Shown: in pieces, positions 26,841 through 35,794 of the stretch
Layout of the letters: each line of letters opens with the position of its first letter
Numbering within the stretch: position 1 is the stretch's first letter
Assembly (NCBI GenBank): GCA_040264055.1
Contig: JBDQJC010000008.1
Location: forward strand, 342 to 64,341
From: Planctomycetota bacterium
GTDB taxonomy: Bacteria > Planctomycetota > UBA1135
Reading direction: 5' to 3'
Length of the DNA: 64,000 nt
Notes under the pieces: generated by a model
Told to the model about the DNA's origin: nothing
The model's database searches: none
What the model saw: only the letters and a program-made list of their open reading frames with translations
Program-made: the position numbers and the translations under genes

Positions 26841-27922
26841 GCTTCCACAGTTGCTTGGCCGGCTTGCTCACGCTTCCATGCCTGCACTTCTTCGTAGAGC
26901 GCGTTGACCATTTCCGATTCGGGAACGATCCGCACCTGTTCGCCATTGCGGTAGAGGATGCCTTTACCGCCACCGCCAGCAATGCCGATGTCGGCCTCGC
27001 TTGCCTCACCTGGACCGTTGACGACACAACCAAGTACAGCAATCTTGACCGGAGCATTCTCGCCTTCGAGTCGCGCCTCGAGTTCATTCATGAGCTGTTC
27101 CAAATCGATCTCGATCCGCCCGCAGGTCGGACAGGAAATCAACTCGGGGCTGGTCACGCGTGCGCCGGTCGCCTTGAGAATGTCGAAGGCTACCGGAATC
27201 TCGAGCACAGGGTCCGAAGTCAACGAGACTCGGATCGTGTCGCCAATGCCTTCGAAGAGCAAGGGCGCAAGGCCCGCGGCCGACTTCACGCTGCCGTAGC
27301 CCGGACGGCCGGCTTCGGTCACGCCGAGGTGCAGCGGGATATCCGAGAGTTCAGCGAACTTGCGGTTGGCCGCAAGCACCGTGCGAGTGTCCGTCGACTT
27401 CAGCGAGACCACTAGGTTGTGGAATCCCATCTCTTCGACCAGCGCGCAATGACGCAAGGCCGATTCCACCATCGCATCGGGCGAGGGGTAGCCGTACTTC
27501 TCGAGCAAATCCTTTTCGACCGAACCTGAATTGACCCCGATCCGCATCGCGATGCCCGCTTGCAGGGCTTCTTTTACGACCTCGCGCACGCGTTCCACGC
27601 TGCCAATATTGCCGGGGTTCAGGCGAACTTTGTCGACCCCCGCTTCGATTGCACGCAAAGCCATGCGGTGCGTGAAGTGGATGTCGGCGACTAGCGGAAT
27701 CGGGCAGTTCGCGCGAATCTCGGGCAGTGCATCGGCCGCTTTGTCGTGGTTCACCGTGACGCGCACGATCTCGCAGCCAGCTTCGACCAAACGCTCGATC
27801 TGTTCGATCGTCGCTTTGGCGTCAGCCGTTTCGGTGCAAGTCATGGACTGCACTCGAATGGGGTGATCAGAACCGAGCTTGAGGTCGCCGATGGTGACCT
27901 CGCGGGTGGCGCGGCGGGACAT
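26837..27922 (-). CDS. ispG: 4-hydroxy-3-methylbut-2-enyl diphosphate synthase (MEP pathway)
   Basis: PIRVQSMT, VRVTVN, LHLGVTEAG and CPTCGR motifs. ATG 27922 is preferred (TACAAT 6 nt upstream). The stop overlaps the next gene's start (ATGA). Confidence 0.9.
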   Translation of the reverse strand: MSRRATREVTIGDLKLGSDHPIRVQSMTCTETADAKATIEQIERLVEAGCEIVRVTVNHDKAADALPEIRANCPIPLVADIHFTHRMALRAIEAGVDKVRLNPGNIGSVERVREVVKEALQAGIAMRIGVNSGSVEKDLLEKYGYPSPDAMVESALRHCALVEEMGFHNLVVSLKSTDTRTVLAANRKFAELSDIPLHLGVTEAGRPGYGSVKSAAGLAPLLFEGIGDTIRVSLTSDPVLEIPVAFDILKATGARVTSPELISCPTCGRIEIDLEQLMNELEARLEGENAPVKIAVLGCVVNGPGEASEADIGIAGGGGKGILYRNGEQVRIVPESEMVNALYEEVQAWKREQAGQATVEA

Positions 27923-27928
27923 ACCTCG

Positions 27929-27953
27929 ATTGTAGGTCAATCGACACTAGACT
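27929..27953. promoter_or_regulatory. Back-to-back -10-like hexamers for ispG (minus TACAAT, 27929-27934) and the phosphoesterase gene (plus TAGACT, 27948-27953)
   Basis: TACAAT-cgaggt-ATG on the minus strand. TAGACT, then 11 nt, then ATG 27965 on the plus strand. Confidence 0.4.
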
Positions 27954-27964
27954 GCAGACCGATC

Positions 27965-28855
27965 ATGTTGATCCGCTGCTCCCTGCTTGTGCTGATGTCG
28001 GCTTCCTGCTCGCTCTTGCCTTCGGATTCGGGACAGCCCGGGCGGCTGCGCTTGGCTTTGGTCGCGGACTGCCAATACGCCGATGCCGAGGACCGCGGCC
28101 AGCGTCTTTACCGCCGCTCACCTGCCAAGTTGCAGGAGGCGGTCGACACGCTTGCGGCTCTCGAACCCGACGCCGTCCTGCACCTCGGCGATTTCATCGA
28201 CCGCGACTGGGGGTCCTTTGCGACGGTCGTTCCCATCTTGGCTTCGATGCCCTGCCCGGTACACCACGTGTTGGGCAATCATGACTTTGATGTCGCCGAC
28301 GAGCGCAAGCTCGACGTCCCTGGTCAGCTCGGTCGCGAACAACGCTGGGCTGCAGTCGAAGTGCAAGGCTGGCGCATCTTGATCCTCGATGGCAACGACT
28401 TCAGCTATTCGGCTTGGCCCGAACAGCACCCGCGCGCCGAGGCTTCCCGACGATTCCATGCCGAGGTCGCACCGGACTCGCCGACTTGGAATGGCGGCAT
28501 TGGACCGGAACAAATGAGCTGGTTAAGCGCGGAACTCGCGCGCGCGGATCGTGAAGGCACACCACTCCTGGTCGCCTGCCACTTCCCGCTTTGGCCGGAC
28601 GATGTACATAACCTTTGGAACGCGGAGGAAGTGCGCGAGCTTCTCTGCGCGCATACCAGCGTGAAAATCTATCTGAATGGCCACAACCACGCCGGCAACT
28701 ACGCCGAGCGCGAGGCTCTACCCTTCGTCACGCTGGAAGGCATGCTCGACACCGAAGAGAACGCTTTCGCTCTGCTCGAGATTGATGGTGACCAAGCTGA
28801 AATCACGGCTTGGGGTCGAGCCACTCCGCGCACGCTTCGACTGCGTGGCGACTAG
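27965..28855 (+). CDS. Calcineurin-like metallophosphoesterase (ADPRibase-Mn-like), exported/lipoprotein
   Basis: Internal ATG of ORF 27746-28855. LALVADCQYAD, HLGDFIDRD, VLGNHDF and GHNHAG metal motifs. Confidence 0.8.
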   Translation: MLIRCSLLVLMSASCSLLPSDSGQPGRLRLALVADCQYADAEDRGQRLYRRSPAKLQEAVDTLAALEPDAVLHLGDFIDRDWGSFATVVPILASMPCPVHHVLGNHDFDVADERKLDVPGQLGREQRWAAVEVQGWRILILDGNDFSYSAWPEQHPRAEASRRFHAEVAPDSPTWNGGIGPEQMSWLSAELARADREGTPLLVACHFPLWPDDVHNLWNAEEVRELLCAHTSVKIYLNGHNHAGNYAEREALPFVTLEGMLDTEENAFALLEIDGDQAEITAWGRATPRTLRLRGD

Positions 28856-28863
28856 AGTCCCTT

Positions 28864-28898
28864 CTTCGTGATGGGCAGCGCTTGCGCGCCCGACGAAG
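28864..28898. terminator. Imperfect long hairpin between convergent stops (bidirectional terminator candidate)
   Basis: Outer stem CTTCGT/ACGAAG plus inner GGGC(A)GCG-CTTG-CGCGCCC. Lies exactly between the stops at 28855 and 28905. Confidence 0.45.
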
Positions 28899-28904
28899 CC
28901 CAAT

Positions 28905-29735
28905 CTAGTTCAGGAAGTCTGCGAAGTCGGCAAGGTCGCCCTGACTTGCTTCGGTCAAGCGGTCTTCGGCTTTCGTTCCCGTCTTCTCGACGAGGGGCTT
29001 TCGCTTTTCCGCCCAGCGCGCAGCAGACTCTTTCTCTTCCAGGAAGAGCTCCAAGAACTGCGCAAGCGTGGCATCGCTCAAAGCGTTTCCGGTAAGCGCC
29101 AGCCATGCATTCCCTACGTCTTGCTCGCATTCCCGGAATGCGCGAGCGCGCCCATGGTGGTAGCTCATGTGCGCCTGACAATGTGCTAGTTCACGTACGG
29201 AAACCATGCGCAGGTTCTTGCGGCGCAAGAGCCAAACTCGGGTCACGATCGTGATCGTGAAGCCAGCCAAGGCCAGCGCAACCGCGGCGAAGACTGTCAG
29301 CGTGGTCGGCTCTTCGACGCCCACTGCATTACGGCGAACCACTCCATACGAAAGGCTCAACGAGACGCCAACAAAGGCGGCGATCGCCAATTCAACGGCG
29401 AGCTTGATTTGTGCCATCACCGCGGTGCCAAAAGCCAGCTTATGCAGTTGATCATGGAACACTTGCTCGGCACCCTGCTCGGCAAGGTCAAGCTTCTCGT
29501 CTGCTTCGCGCAGTTCGTGAAAAAGCTCTTCGGCCGCGGCGCGCAACTTCAGCAAGTAGTCCGCTCGCCGTTCATCCAAAGTGACGCGACGTTCCACCCG
29601 GCGATCGAACTCGTCCACCAACTTGCGGCTACTCTCAACCAGCATGGCGTCGCCCGCATGCCGCCGAATTCGACGCATCGCCCGCCCCAAGCGCACCGCC
29701 CAAGATGGATCGAGGTATTCGAGGTCTTCCGTCAT
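28905..29735 (-). CDS. Hypothetical membrane protein (coiled-coil N-terminus, 2 TM, Cys/His-containing C-terminal domain)
   Basis: ORF with good codon bias. TM helices FGTAVMAQIKLAVELAIAAFVGVSL and LTVFAAVALALAGFTITIV. Last gene of the carH-side operon. Confidence 0.55.
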   Translation of the reverse strand: MTEDLEYLDPSWAVRLGRAMRRIRRHAGDAMLVESSRKLVDEFDRRVERRVTLDERRADYLLKLRAAAEELFHELREADEKLDLAEQGAEQVFHDQLHKLAFGTAVMAQIKLAVELAIAAFVGVSLSLSYGVVRRNAVGVEEPTTLTVFAAVALALAGFTITIVTRVWLLRRKNLRMVSVRELAHCQAHMSYHHGRARAFRECEQDVGNAWLALTGNALSDATLAQFLELFLEEKESAARWAEKRKPLVEKTGTKAEDRLTEASQGDLADFADFLN

Positions 29736-29762
29736 CGAGATGTCGCCGAGAGCACGCTGTGG

Positions 29763-30437
29763 CTACTTCGCGGCGAGCTTGCCGAGTTGAGCCATCAAGC
29801 CATCGTAAGCCATGACGCGCTCAATGAGGTCAAGCGTGCGCGGACGATCTTCTTGCACCGCGGTGTGTTCAAAGAAGAACGGCCAGAACGGGAACTCGCC
29901 CGCCTCGACCGCAGATTGAACCGAAGCTGGCGGAAGAACCAAGACGAGGCGGCTCGCCACACAAATGTCGGCCGCGCTCAGTGCGTCGCCGACAATCCAA
30001 TCGCGGTCCGCTAAGTGCTCTTCGATCTTGATCGTGTCTTCGGTCAACATCGCGCGCGCCGCATCTAAAGCCGTCTGATCGAAGTCTTGCCGGCCAAAAG
30101 CCATGCCAAAGACGCCACCCAAACCACGGATCGACTCATTGCGCGCCCAGCGCTCCCACTGCTCTACCTCGCGAAGCGCATCCGCATCGGTCGGCAAGTA
30201 ACGCGGCCCCGGATAGTTCAAATCCAAGTAGCGCAAGATCGCGTGCGAATCGTAAAGCCGAAAGCCCTCGCCGGTGATCCCTGGTGTCAGCGGAATCCCG
30301 TAATCCTCGACCGCTTGGGTCCGGTCCTGGCCATTCACCAACCGACTTTCGTAATCGATGCCCTTGAAACCCAAAGCAATACGCACTTTGGTGCAGTTGG
30401 GAGACGGCGGAAGTTCGTGCAGGACCAGTTTGCTCAT
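29763..30437 (-). CDS. Glutathione S-transferase
   Basis: Thioredoxin-like N-terminus MSKLVLHELPPSPNCTKVRIAL and a helical C-terminal domain. ATG 30437 preferred. Confidence 0.8.
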   Translation of the reverse strand: MSKLVLHELPPSPNCTKVRIALGFKGIDYESRLVNGQDRTQAVEDYGIPLTPGITGEGFRLYDSHAILRYLDLNYPGPRYLPTDADALREVEQWERWARNESIRGLGGVFGMAFGRQDFDQTALDAARAMLTEDTIKIEEHLADRDWIVGDALSAADICVASRLVLVLPPASVQSAVEAGEFPFWPFFFEHTAVQEDRPRTLDLIERVMAYDGLMAQLGKLAAK

Positions 30438-30472
30438 GACTCGACTTCGCCACACGGCGAGCTTGTGACAGC

Positions 30473-31429
30473 TTAAGTGCGCAGAGCTTCGTCGAAATAA
30501 ATCTGATCGAGAAGATAGTCTTCGCGGTAAGCCGTCGCGAGAAAGCGCAATAAGCGCGCGGGCAGCGCCAGCGTCGCCTCGCCCTTGCGATAGGTCTCGA
30601 TCGCTTCGCGCAACTCAAGCTTCTCGGCCGGGCGCAACGGATGCTTGAAGAAGCCCGCCATGTGATCCAGCACATTCTGATGCTTGCCGCGAGTCGGCCG
30701 CCTCGCGATGCAGCGCAAGTAAGCGTCTTGATATTGACTCGCGAAATCCTCGGCCGCGAGGTCTCCGATCGTCCCGACTAAGCGGCCCAACTCGCGGTAG
30801 ATCTCGGTGCTGTGCGACAGCAAGAAAAACTTCTCGCGACTATGAAACTCGACGACGTCGTTGCGCGACCAAGTGCCATGCTCAAACAGCAAACGCAGGC
30901 GTCGAACAGCACGCACGCGCCCAAAAAAGTGTGCGCTGAGGTGCGGGTCGTTGAGTCGGCCATCTTCTTCCAAGGGCAACCAGGGCAATCGCGCCTTGAG
31001 CGCAGCCGCGAAGAAACCGTCACGCGCACGGTGACTTGGACCGCCATCCTTGTAGACCTTGATGCGCTCCATCCCGCAGCTGGGCGAACCCTTCGCCAAG
31101 ACGAAGCCATGCAAGTTCTCGCCCGCGATCTCTTCTGCCTTGGCTTCCGACCAAGCGATCATGGCTTCGGTGTGATCCTTTCCGCTCGTCGTCTCGACCA
31201 AACGGTCGCCTTCTTCACTCGCAATGATCCGCACGCTCGGCCGCGGGCGCCCCATGCCGATGCCCATTTCCGGACAGGCAGCAACGAAGTCAACGCGTTC
31301 CTGCATTTGACGCGTGATCACGCGACACTCTTTCCCGGAGCCGTCATACCGCACCGGGGCTCCGAGTAGGCACATGGAAGTGCCGAGCCGAAGCGGGCGC
31401 TCCTGGCTCGTAGGGAGAGGCCAAACCAT
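30473..31429 (-). CDS. ybgA: DUF523 (TudS-like) + DUF1722 fusion, YbgA-like
   Basis: LGTSMCLLGAPVRYDGSGK...SPSCG (DUF523 Cys set) plus a C-terminal DUF1722-like helical domain. ybgA is the classical photolyase-linked gene in E. coli. Confidence 0.8.
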   Translation of the reverse strand: MVWPLPTSQERPLRLGTSMCLLGAPVRYDGSGKECRVITRQMQERVDFVAACPEMGIGMGRPRPSVRIIASEEGDRLVETTSGKDHTEAMIAWSEAKAEEIAGENLHGFVLAKGSPSCGMERIKVYKDGGPSHRARDGFFAAALKARLPWLPLEEDGRLNDPHLSAHFFGRVRAVRRLRLLFEHGTWSRNDVVEFHSREKFFLLSHSTEIYRELGRLVGTIGDLAAEDFASQYQDAYLRCIARRPTRGKHQNVLDHMAGFFKHPLRPAEKLELREAIETYRKGEATLALPARLLRFLATAYREDYLLDQIYFDEALRT

Positions 31430-31435
31430 GGTCGG

Positions 31436-32380
31436 CTATGCTCCCGCCGCGTCAAATTCTTGCAAGCCGTATTCCGTTTGCAGCCAAAGTTCAAACTCGG
31501 CCAGCGTCGGCAAGTAGACGACATCACGCACGCCCCGCCGGGCGCGACGCGCGCCACGACCGCCAATCAAGAGCGCCGTCTTCGGGTGCAACTCACGGCG
31601 CAAGGCCGAAATCGAACGATCGGTTGCCGGCCCACCCGTTGAGGTCGAAACACTGACCGCCACCGGCGAGCGCGGCACTTCATTCGATACCCGTGCGATC
31701 TCATCGATCGGCAGATCGACGCCGAGCAGGATCGGTTCACGGCCGTACAAAGCGACGATCAGCGCGACGAGCTGAAGGCCAAGACCATGTCGCTCGCCTG
31801 TCAGAGTCGTCAGGATGATGCGATCAGCTTCGGCAAAAGTTCGCTCACTCCCCATGACCTGTCCGCGGAATCCGCGCAGCAGGTCCTGCAGCACTTCGGT
31901 GAGTTGGTGTTCCTGGGCGATCGACATGCGGCCCTCTTGCCAGGCTCGACCGACCTCGAAGATCAGCGGCACAATCGCGTCGAAGATCGTGATGCGAGCG
32001 CCTCGATTGCGCCAGCAGCGGATCAGCTCGTCAGCGAGCGCGGCGCTGTCGCTCGCGTAGACCAGGTCCATCAGCTGCCGGACCATGGGCTCCAAGTCCG
32101 CGCCCGGTTGCTGGGCGCCCAGAGAATCAAGCTCCTCGTCCGAGAGCTTGAGCACCTTGCCCGGGCGGTGGCCATTCGCCAGCGCCTCGGCGACCCGACG
32201 CATCCAAACCACTTGCTCCTGGCTGTAACGGCGGTGCCCAGAAGGCAGCCGCGTGGCTTGCGGTCGACCGTAGCGCCGTTCCCAGACGCGGATGGTGTGG
32301 GGCGACAGACCCGTCGCCTCACCTACCTCTCCAATCGAGAGGAGCGGCTCTTGATCAAAGTTCGCACCTGGATTCGTCAT
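31436..32380 (-). CDS. carH: MerR-family, B12-binding light-sensing repressor (CarH/LitR type)
   Basis: MerR HTH LSIGEVGEATGLSPHTIRVWERRYG. Wx9EH motif (WQEGRMSIAQEH). B12 lower-ligand motif ExHxxG (GERHGLG). Confidence 0.85.
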   Translation of the reverse strand: MTNPGANFDQEPLLSIGEVGEATGLSPHTIRVWERRYGRPQATRLPSGHRRYSQEQVVWMRRVAEALANGHRPGKVLKLSDEELDSLGAQQPGADLEPMVRQLMDLVYASDSAALADELIRCWRNRGARITIFDAIVPLIFEVGRAWQEGRMSIAQEHQLTEVLQDLLRGFRGQVMGSERTFAEADRIILTTLTGERHGLGLQLVALIVALYGREPILLGVDLPIDEIARVSNEVPRSPVAVSVSTSTGGPATDRSISALRRELHPKTALLIGGRGARRARRGVRDVVYLPTLAEFELWLQTEYGLQEFDAAGA

Positions 32381-32404
32381 TTGTTGAGATTATAAGATAG
32401 ACGG
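32381..32404. promoter_or_regulatory. 24-nt AT-rich divergent control region with overlapping -10 boxes (minus TATAAT 32389-32394; plus TATAAG 32391-32396)
   Basis: Each hexamer lies 8 nt from its ATG (carH 32380, phr 32405), so both mRNAs would be leaderless. Probable CarH operator location. Confidence 0.5.
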
Positions 32405-33901
32405 ATGGCCATTTCGCGTGATCTTCGCAGCCGAGTGCTGAATTCTGCCCCGGCTCGCCTGGAGGGGCGGTTTGTGCTCTATTGGATGACGGCGACCCGC
32501 CGTCTGGAAGACAACTTCGCCTTGGATCGAGCTCTGGCATGGTCAGCCGAGTTGGGCAAACCGCTGCTGATCTTCGAGGCTTTGCGTGCGGACTATCGCT
32601 GGGCCAGCCCGCGCCATCATCGGGTCATTCTCGATGCGATGGCAGAACATCAAGCCGTGCTGGCCAAGCAGTCGGTCCGCTATTTCCCTTACGTCGAGCG
32701 CGCAGCGGGTGATTCCAAAGGCTTGCTCGCCGCTCTCGAAGCGGAGGCCTGCGTCACGATTACCGATCGTCACCCTGGCTTCTTTTTTCCGCGCATGCTG
32801 GAGGCCGCGCGCAAGCTTTGTACCGGCCGTTTGGAAGCGGTGGACAGCGTGGGTTTGCTGCCGCTGGATGCGGCACCCGGGCCGCTTCCCAGTGCCTATG
32901 TGCTGCGCCGCCGCCTACAGAAGAACCTGCCGACCTACCTTGCCACGCCTGCTTCTGCTCAACCACTCGCGCAGTACAAGGCAGGAGCCGCGTCGATTCC
33001 GCGCAAGACCTTGGAGCGCTGGGCTCCGGCAACCGCGACCGAACTCGCTCCAAGCTTTGCACTGGAATCAAAGATTCCACTCGCACACAAGGTCCCGATC
33101 GCAAGTTGGCAAGGTGGCAGTTTGCCCGCGAAAGCTCGCCTCGCCGAGTTCCTGAACTCATCGCTCGGCCGTTACGACGAGATTCGCATGCAAGGAAGTC
33201 CAGCAAGCGGACTCTCGATGGCTCTGCACTATGGCTTCCTTTCGCCTCAGCGAGTCTTGGAAGATCTGCTGCTTTCGGAAGGCACGGAGCTTCGCACGCT
33301 GCTGCCGCAACTCGAGCAGAATGCGGTGCGGCCGAACGGCAAACGCGAAGGCTGGTGGGGAGTCAGCCCCGCGGCGGAGACCTTCCTTGATCAGTTCGTG
33401 ACCTGGCGTGAGTTGGGCCATCGCTTTCAGGATCAGAATCCGGACTGTGAGGAGTATGGAAGCCAACCAGATTGGGCCCTGAAGACGACCGAGGCACATC
33501 GCTCGGATGTGCGTGAGTTCGCCTATCGCGCGGAACAGTTTGAGAACGCATGCACGCACGACCCGCTGTGGAATGCGGCGCAGCGCTGCCTGGTTCGAGA
33601 AGGCTGGATGCCCAACTACTTGCGCATGCTGTGGGCCAAGCTCCTGCTTTGGTGGAGCCAAGATCCGGCCGAAGCTTGGGAGCTGCTTTTCCACCTAAAC
33701 AACCTCTATGCCTTGGATGGACGCGATCCGAACAGCATGGCGGGCATCACTTGGTGCTTCGGGCGGTTCGACCGAGCCTTTGGCCCGGAACGCCCCGTCA
33801 TCGGCAAGCTCCGCCCGATGACCGCAGCGAATACACGGCGCAAGATGCAGTTGGGGGACTTTCTCGAACGCTATGGTGCCTCCGAACGCCTGTTTGTCTA
33901 A
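32405..33901 (+). CDS. phr: Class II CPD photolyase
   Basis: FVLYWMTATRRLEDNFAL N-terminus and NYLRMLWAKLLLWW...LDGRDPNSMAGITWCFGRFDRAF C-terminus match class II photolyases. Confidence 0.9.
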   Translation: MAISRDLRSRVLNSAPARLEGRFVLYWMTATRRLEDNFALDRALAWSAELGKPLLIFEALRADYRWASPRHHRVILDAMAEHQAVLAKQSVRYFPYVERAAGDSKGLLAALEAEACVTITDRHPGFFFPRMLEAARKLCTGRLEAVDSVGLLPLDAAPGPLPSAYVLRRRLQKNLPTYLATPASAQPLAQYKAGAASIPRKTLERWAPATATELAPSFALESKIPLAHKVPIASWQGGSLPAKARLAEFLNSSLGRYDEIRMQGSPASGLSMALHYGFLSPQRVLEDLLLSEGTELRTLLPQLEQNAVRPNGKREGWWGVSPAAETFLDQFVTWRELGHRFQDQNPDCEEYGSQPDWALKTTEAHRSDVREFAYRAEQFENACTHDPLWNAAQRCLVREGWMPNYLRMLWAKLLLWWSQDPAEAWELLFHLNNLYALDGRDPNSMAGITWCFGRFDRAFGPERPVIGKLRPMTAANTRRKMQLGDFLERYGASERLFV

Positions 33902-33932
33902 GTTTTCTATTGCACAAAACAGAGGCCTAGCC

Positions 33933-33938
33933 TAGTTT
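33933..33938 (+). promoter_or_regulatory. -10-like TAGTTT, 6 nt before the DUF1295 ATG
   Basis: TAGTTTCTGGGCATG. 13 of 15 positions are identical to TAGGATCTGGGCATG at 41565-41579. Confidence 0.4.
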
Positions 33939-33944
33939 CTGGGC

Positions 33945-34766
33945 ATGAAGATCCAGGGCCCGGCAGTAGGCGAAGTGGCGTTGACCATGCCGTGGCACCA
34001 GTTCCTTTGGGCGGGCCCCACGCTTGCCTTGGTGTTCATCCTGCTTTGGGCGGCGCTTGGCCGTGCCGGGCGAAGCGGCTGGGCCGATTTCGCCTGGGCC
34101 GCCGCGATCGCTGTCGCGGGTGTCGGCTTTGCTGCGCTTGCCGAGGGTTGGGCGCCACGACGCCTCGCGGTCGCCGCACTCGCACTGATCTGGGGCGGGC
34201 GTCTCGCCGCCCACCTCGGCAAGCGCCTTTCTCACGAAGGGGAAGATGGCCGCTACATCGCAATGGCCGAATCGCTGGGCACGAGCTACCGTTCGTTTAT
34301 GTTCGGCTTCTTCTTGCTGCAGGCCTTCATGGCCTGGCTTTTCAGCTTGCCCTTCTTTGTCTTGTCCCAATCGAGCCTCGAAGCCTTCACGATGTGGGAG
34401 ATCCTCGGCATTGCCATCTGGCTGCTGAGCCTGGCCGGCAACAACCTTGCGGACCGACAGCTCGCTGCCTGGAAATCAAACCCCAGCAACGCCGGCAAGA
34501 CTTGTCGCAACGGTTTGTGGGCTTGGTCGCGCCACCCGAACTACTTCTTCGAGTGGTTGATCTGGTGCGCCTACCCGGTCATGGCGATCGGGACTGCCGC
34601 TCTGCCTTGGACAATCGGTGTGGCCGCCTTCATGTTCGTGATGGTGCGTTTCATCTCGGGCGTTCCCTACACCGAGAAGCAAGCCGTGCGCAGTCGCGGC
34701 GATGACTACCGCCGCTACCAAGCAAGCGTCTCCCCCTTCTTTCCGCTTCCGCCCAAGTCTGTTTGA
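33945..34766 (+). CDS. DUF1295 (steroid 5-alpha-reductase/ICMT-like) membrane protein
   Basis: WSRHPNYFFEWLIW motif, polytopic. Confidence 0.8.
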   Translation: MKIQGPAVGEVALTMPWHQFLWAGPTLALVFILLWAALGRAGRSGWADFAWAAAIAVAGVGFAALAEGWAPRRLAVAALALIWGGRLAAHLGKRLSHEGEDGRYIAMAESLGTSYRSFMFGFFLLQAFMAWLFSLPFFVLSQSSLEAFTMWEILGIAIWLLSLAGNNLADRQLAAWKSNPSNAGKTCRNGLWAWSRHPNYFFEWLIWCAYPVMAIGTAALPWTIGVAAFMFVMVRFISGVPYTEKQAVRSRGDDYRRYQASVSPFFPLPPKSV

Positions 34767-35794
34767 TGAGTACTGCCATTCACCTTGCCGAGCGCGGCCT
34801 GGTTCCTGAGTTCGCAATTCGTTGGGGCATTCGACGCCTCCTGCGCGAGCGCATTCAAGAGGAAGAGCAGCGCATGGCCTCGGGCCGTGACCTTGCCCTG
34901 CAAAACTGGGTGGCCGAAATGCGCGACAGCAAAGTCGCGCTGCACACCGATGCCGCCAACGAACAGCACTATGAAGTGCCGCCGGTGTTCTTCCAAAAAT
35001 GCTTGGGCAAGCATCTGAAGTACAGCTCGTGTTACTACCCGACTGGGCGCGAGACCCTCGATGAAGCCGAAGCCGCGATGTTGGCGTTGACCAGTGAGCG
35101 CGCCCAACTTACCGATGGCCAAGATGTCCTGGAGTTGGGCTGTGGCTGGGGTTCGCTTTCTTTATGGATGGCGGAGCACTATCCAAACAGCCGCATCACA
35201 TCCGTCTCGAATTCGGCACCGCAGCGCCGCTACATCGAGCAGCAAGCCACCGAACGAGGGCTCTCGAACCTGAAGGTGGTCACTGCGGATGCCAATGTCT
35301 TCCGACCCGACGGCGACTTTGATCGCGCCGTATCGGTTGAGATGTTCGAGCATATGCGCAACTGGGAAGAGCTATTGACGCGCGCACACGGCTGGTTGCG
35401 CGACGGCGGCAAGATGTTCTTGCACGTCTTTTCGCACAAGAGCTACTGTTACCCATTCGAGACGGAAGGCGATGACAATTGGATGGGCCGGTCTTTCTTT
35501 ACCGGCGGCATGATGCCTAGCCACGACCTGCTCGAGCATTTGCAGATCCCCTTCCAGCTCGAAGAGCGCTGGGAAGTCAACGGCCGGCATTACGCGCTCA
35601 CTTCAGAGCACTGGTTGGACAACCTCGTGCGCCATCGCGAGGAACTCATGCCGGTTCTGGCAGATACCTACGGCGCCGAAAACGCAACCCAGTGGTTTCA
35701 CCGCTGGCGCATGTTCTACCTCGCCTGCGCCGAGCTATTTGCCTACGACAAGGGCGAAGCTTGGCAAGTCACCCATCACTTGCTCAAGAAGTGA
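34766..35794 (+). CDS. CFA-synthase/coclaurine-N-methyltransferase-like SAM-dependent methyltransferase
   Basis: ANEQHYEVPPVFFQKCLGKHLKYSSCYY and SAM motif VLELGCGWGSL. ATG 34766 shares one nt with the upstream stop (TGATG). Confidence 0.85.
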   Translation: MSTAIHLAERGLVPEFAIRWGIRRLLRERIQEEEQRMASGRDLALQNWVAEMRDSKVALHTDAANEQHYEVPPVFFQKCLGKHLKYSSCYYPTGRETLDEAEAAMLALTSERAQLTDGQDVLELGCGWGSLSLWMAEHYPNSRITSVSNSAPQRRYIEQQATERGLSNLKVVTADANVFRPDGDFDRAVSVEMFEHMRNWEELLTRAHGWLRDGGKMFLHVFSHKSYCYPFETEGDDNWMGRSFFTGGMMPSHDLLEHLQIPFQLEERWEVNGRHYALTSEHWLDNLVRHREELMPVLADTYGAENATQWFHRWRMFYLACAELFAYDKGEAWQVTHHLLKK

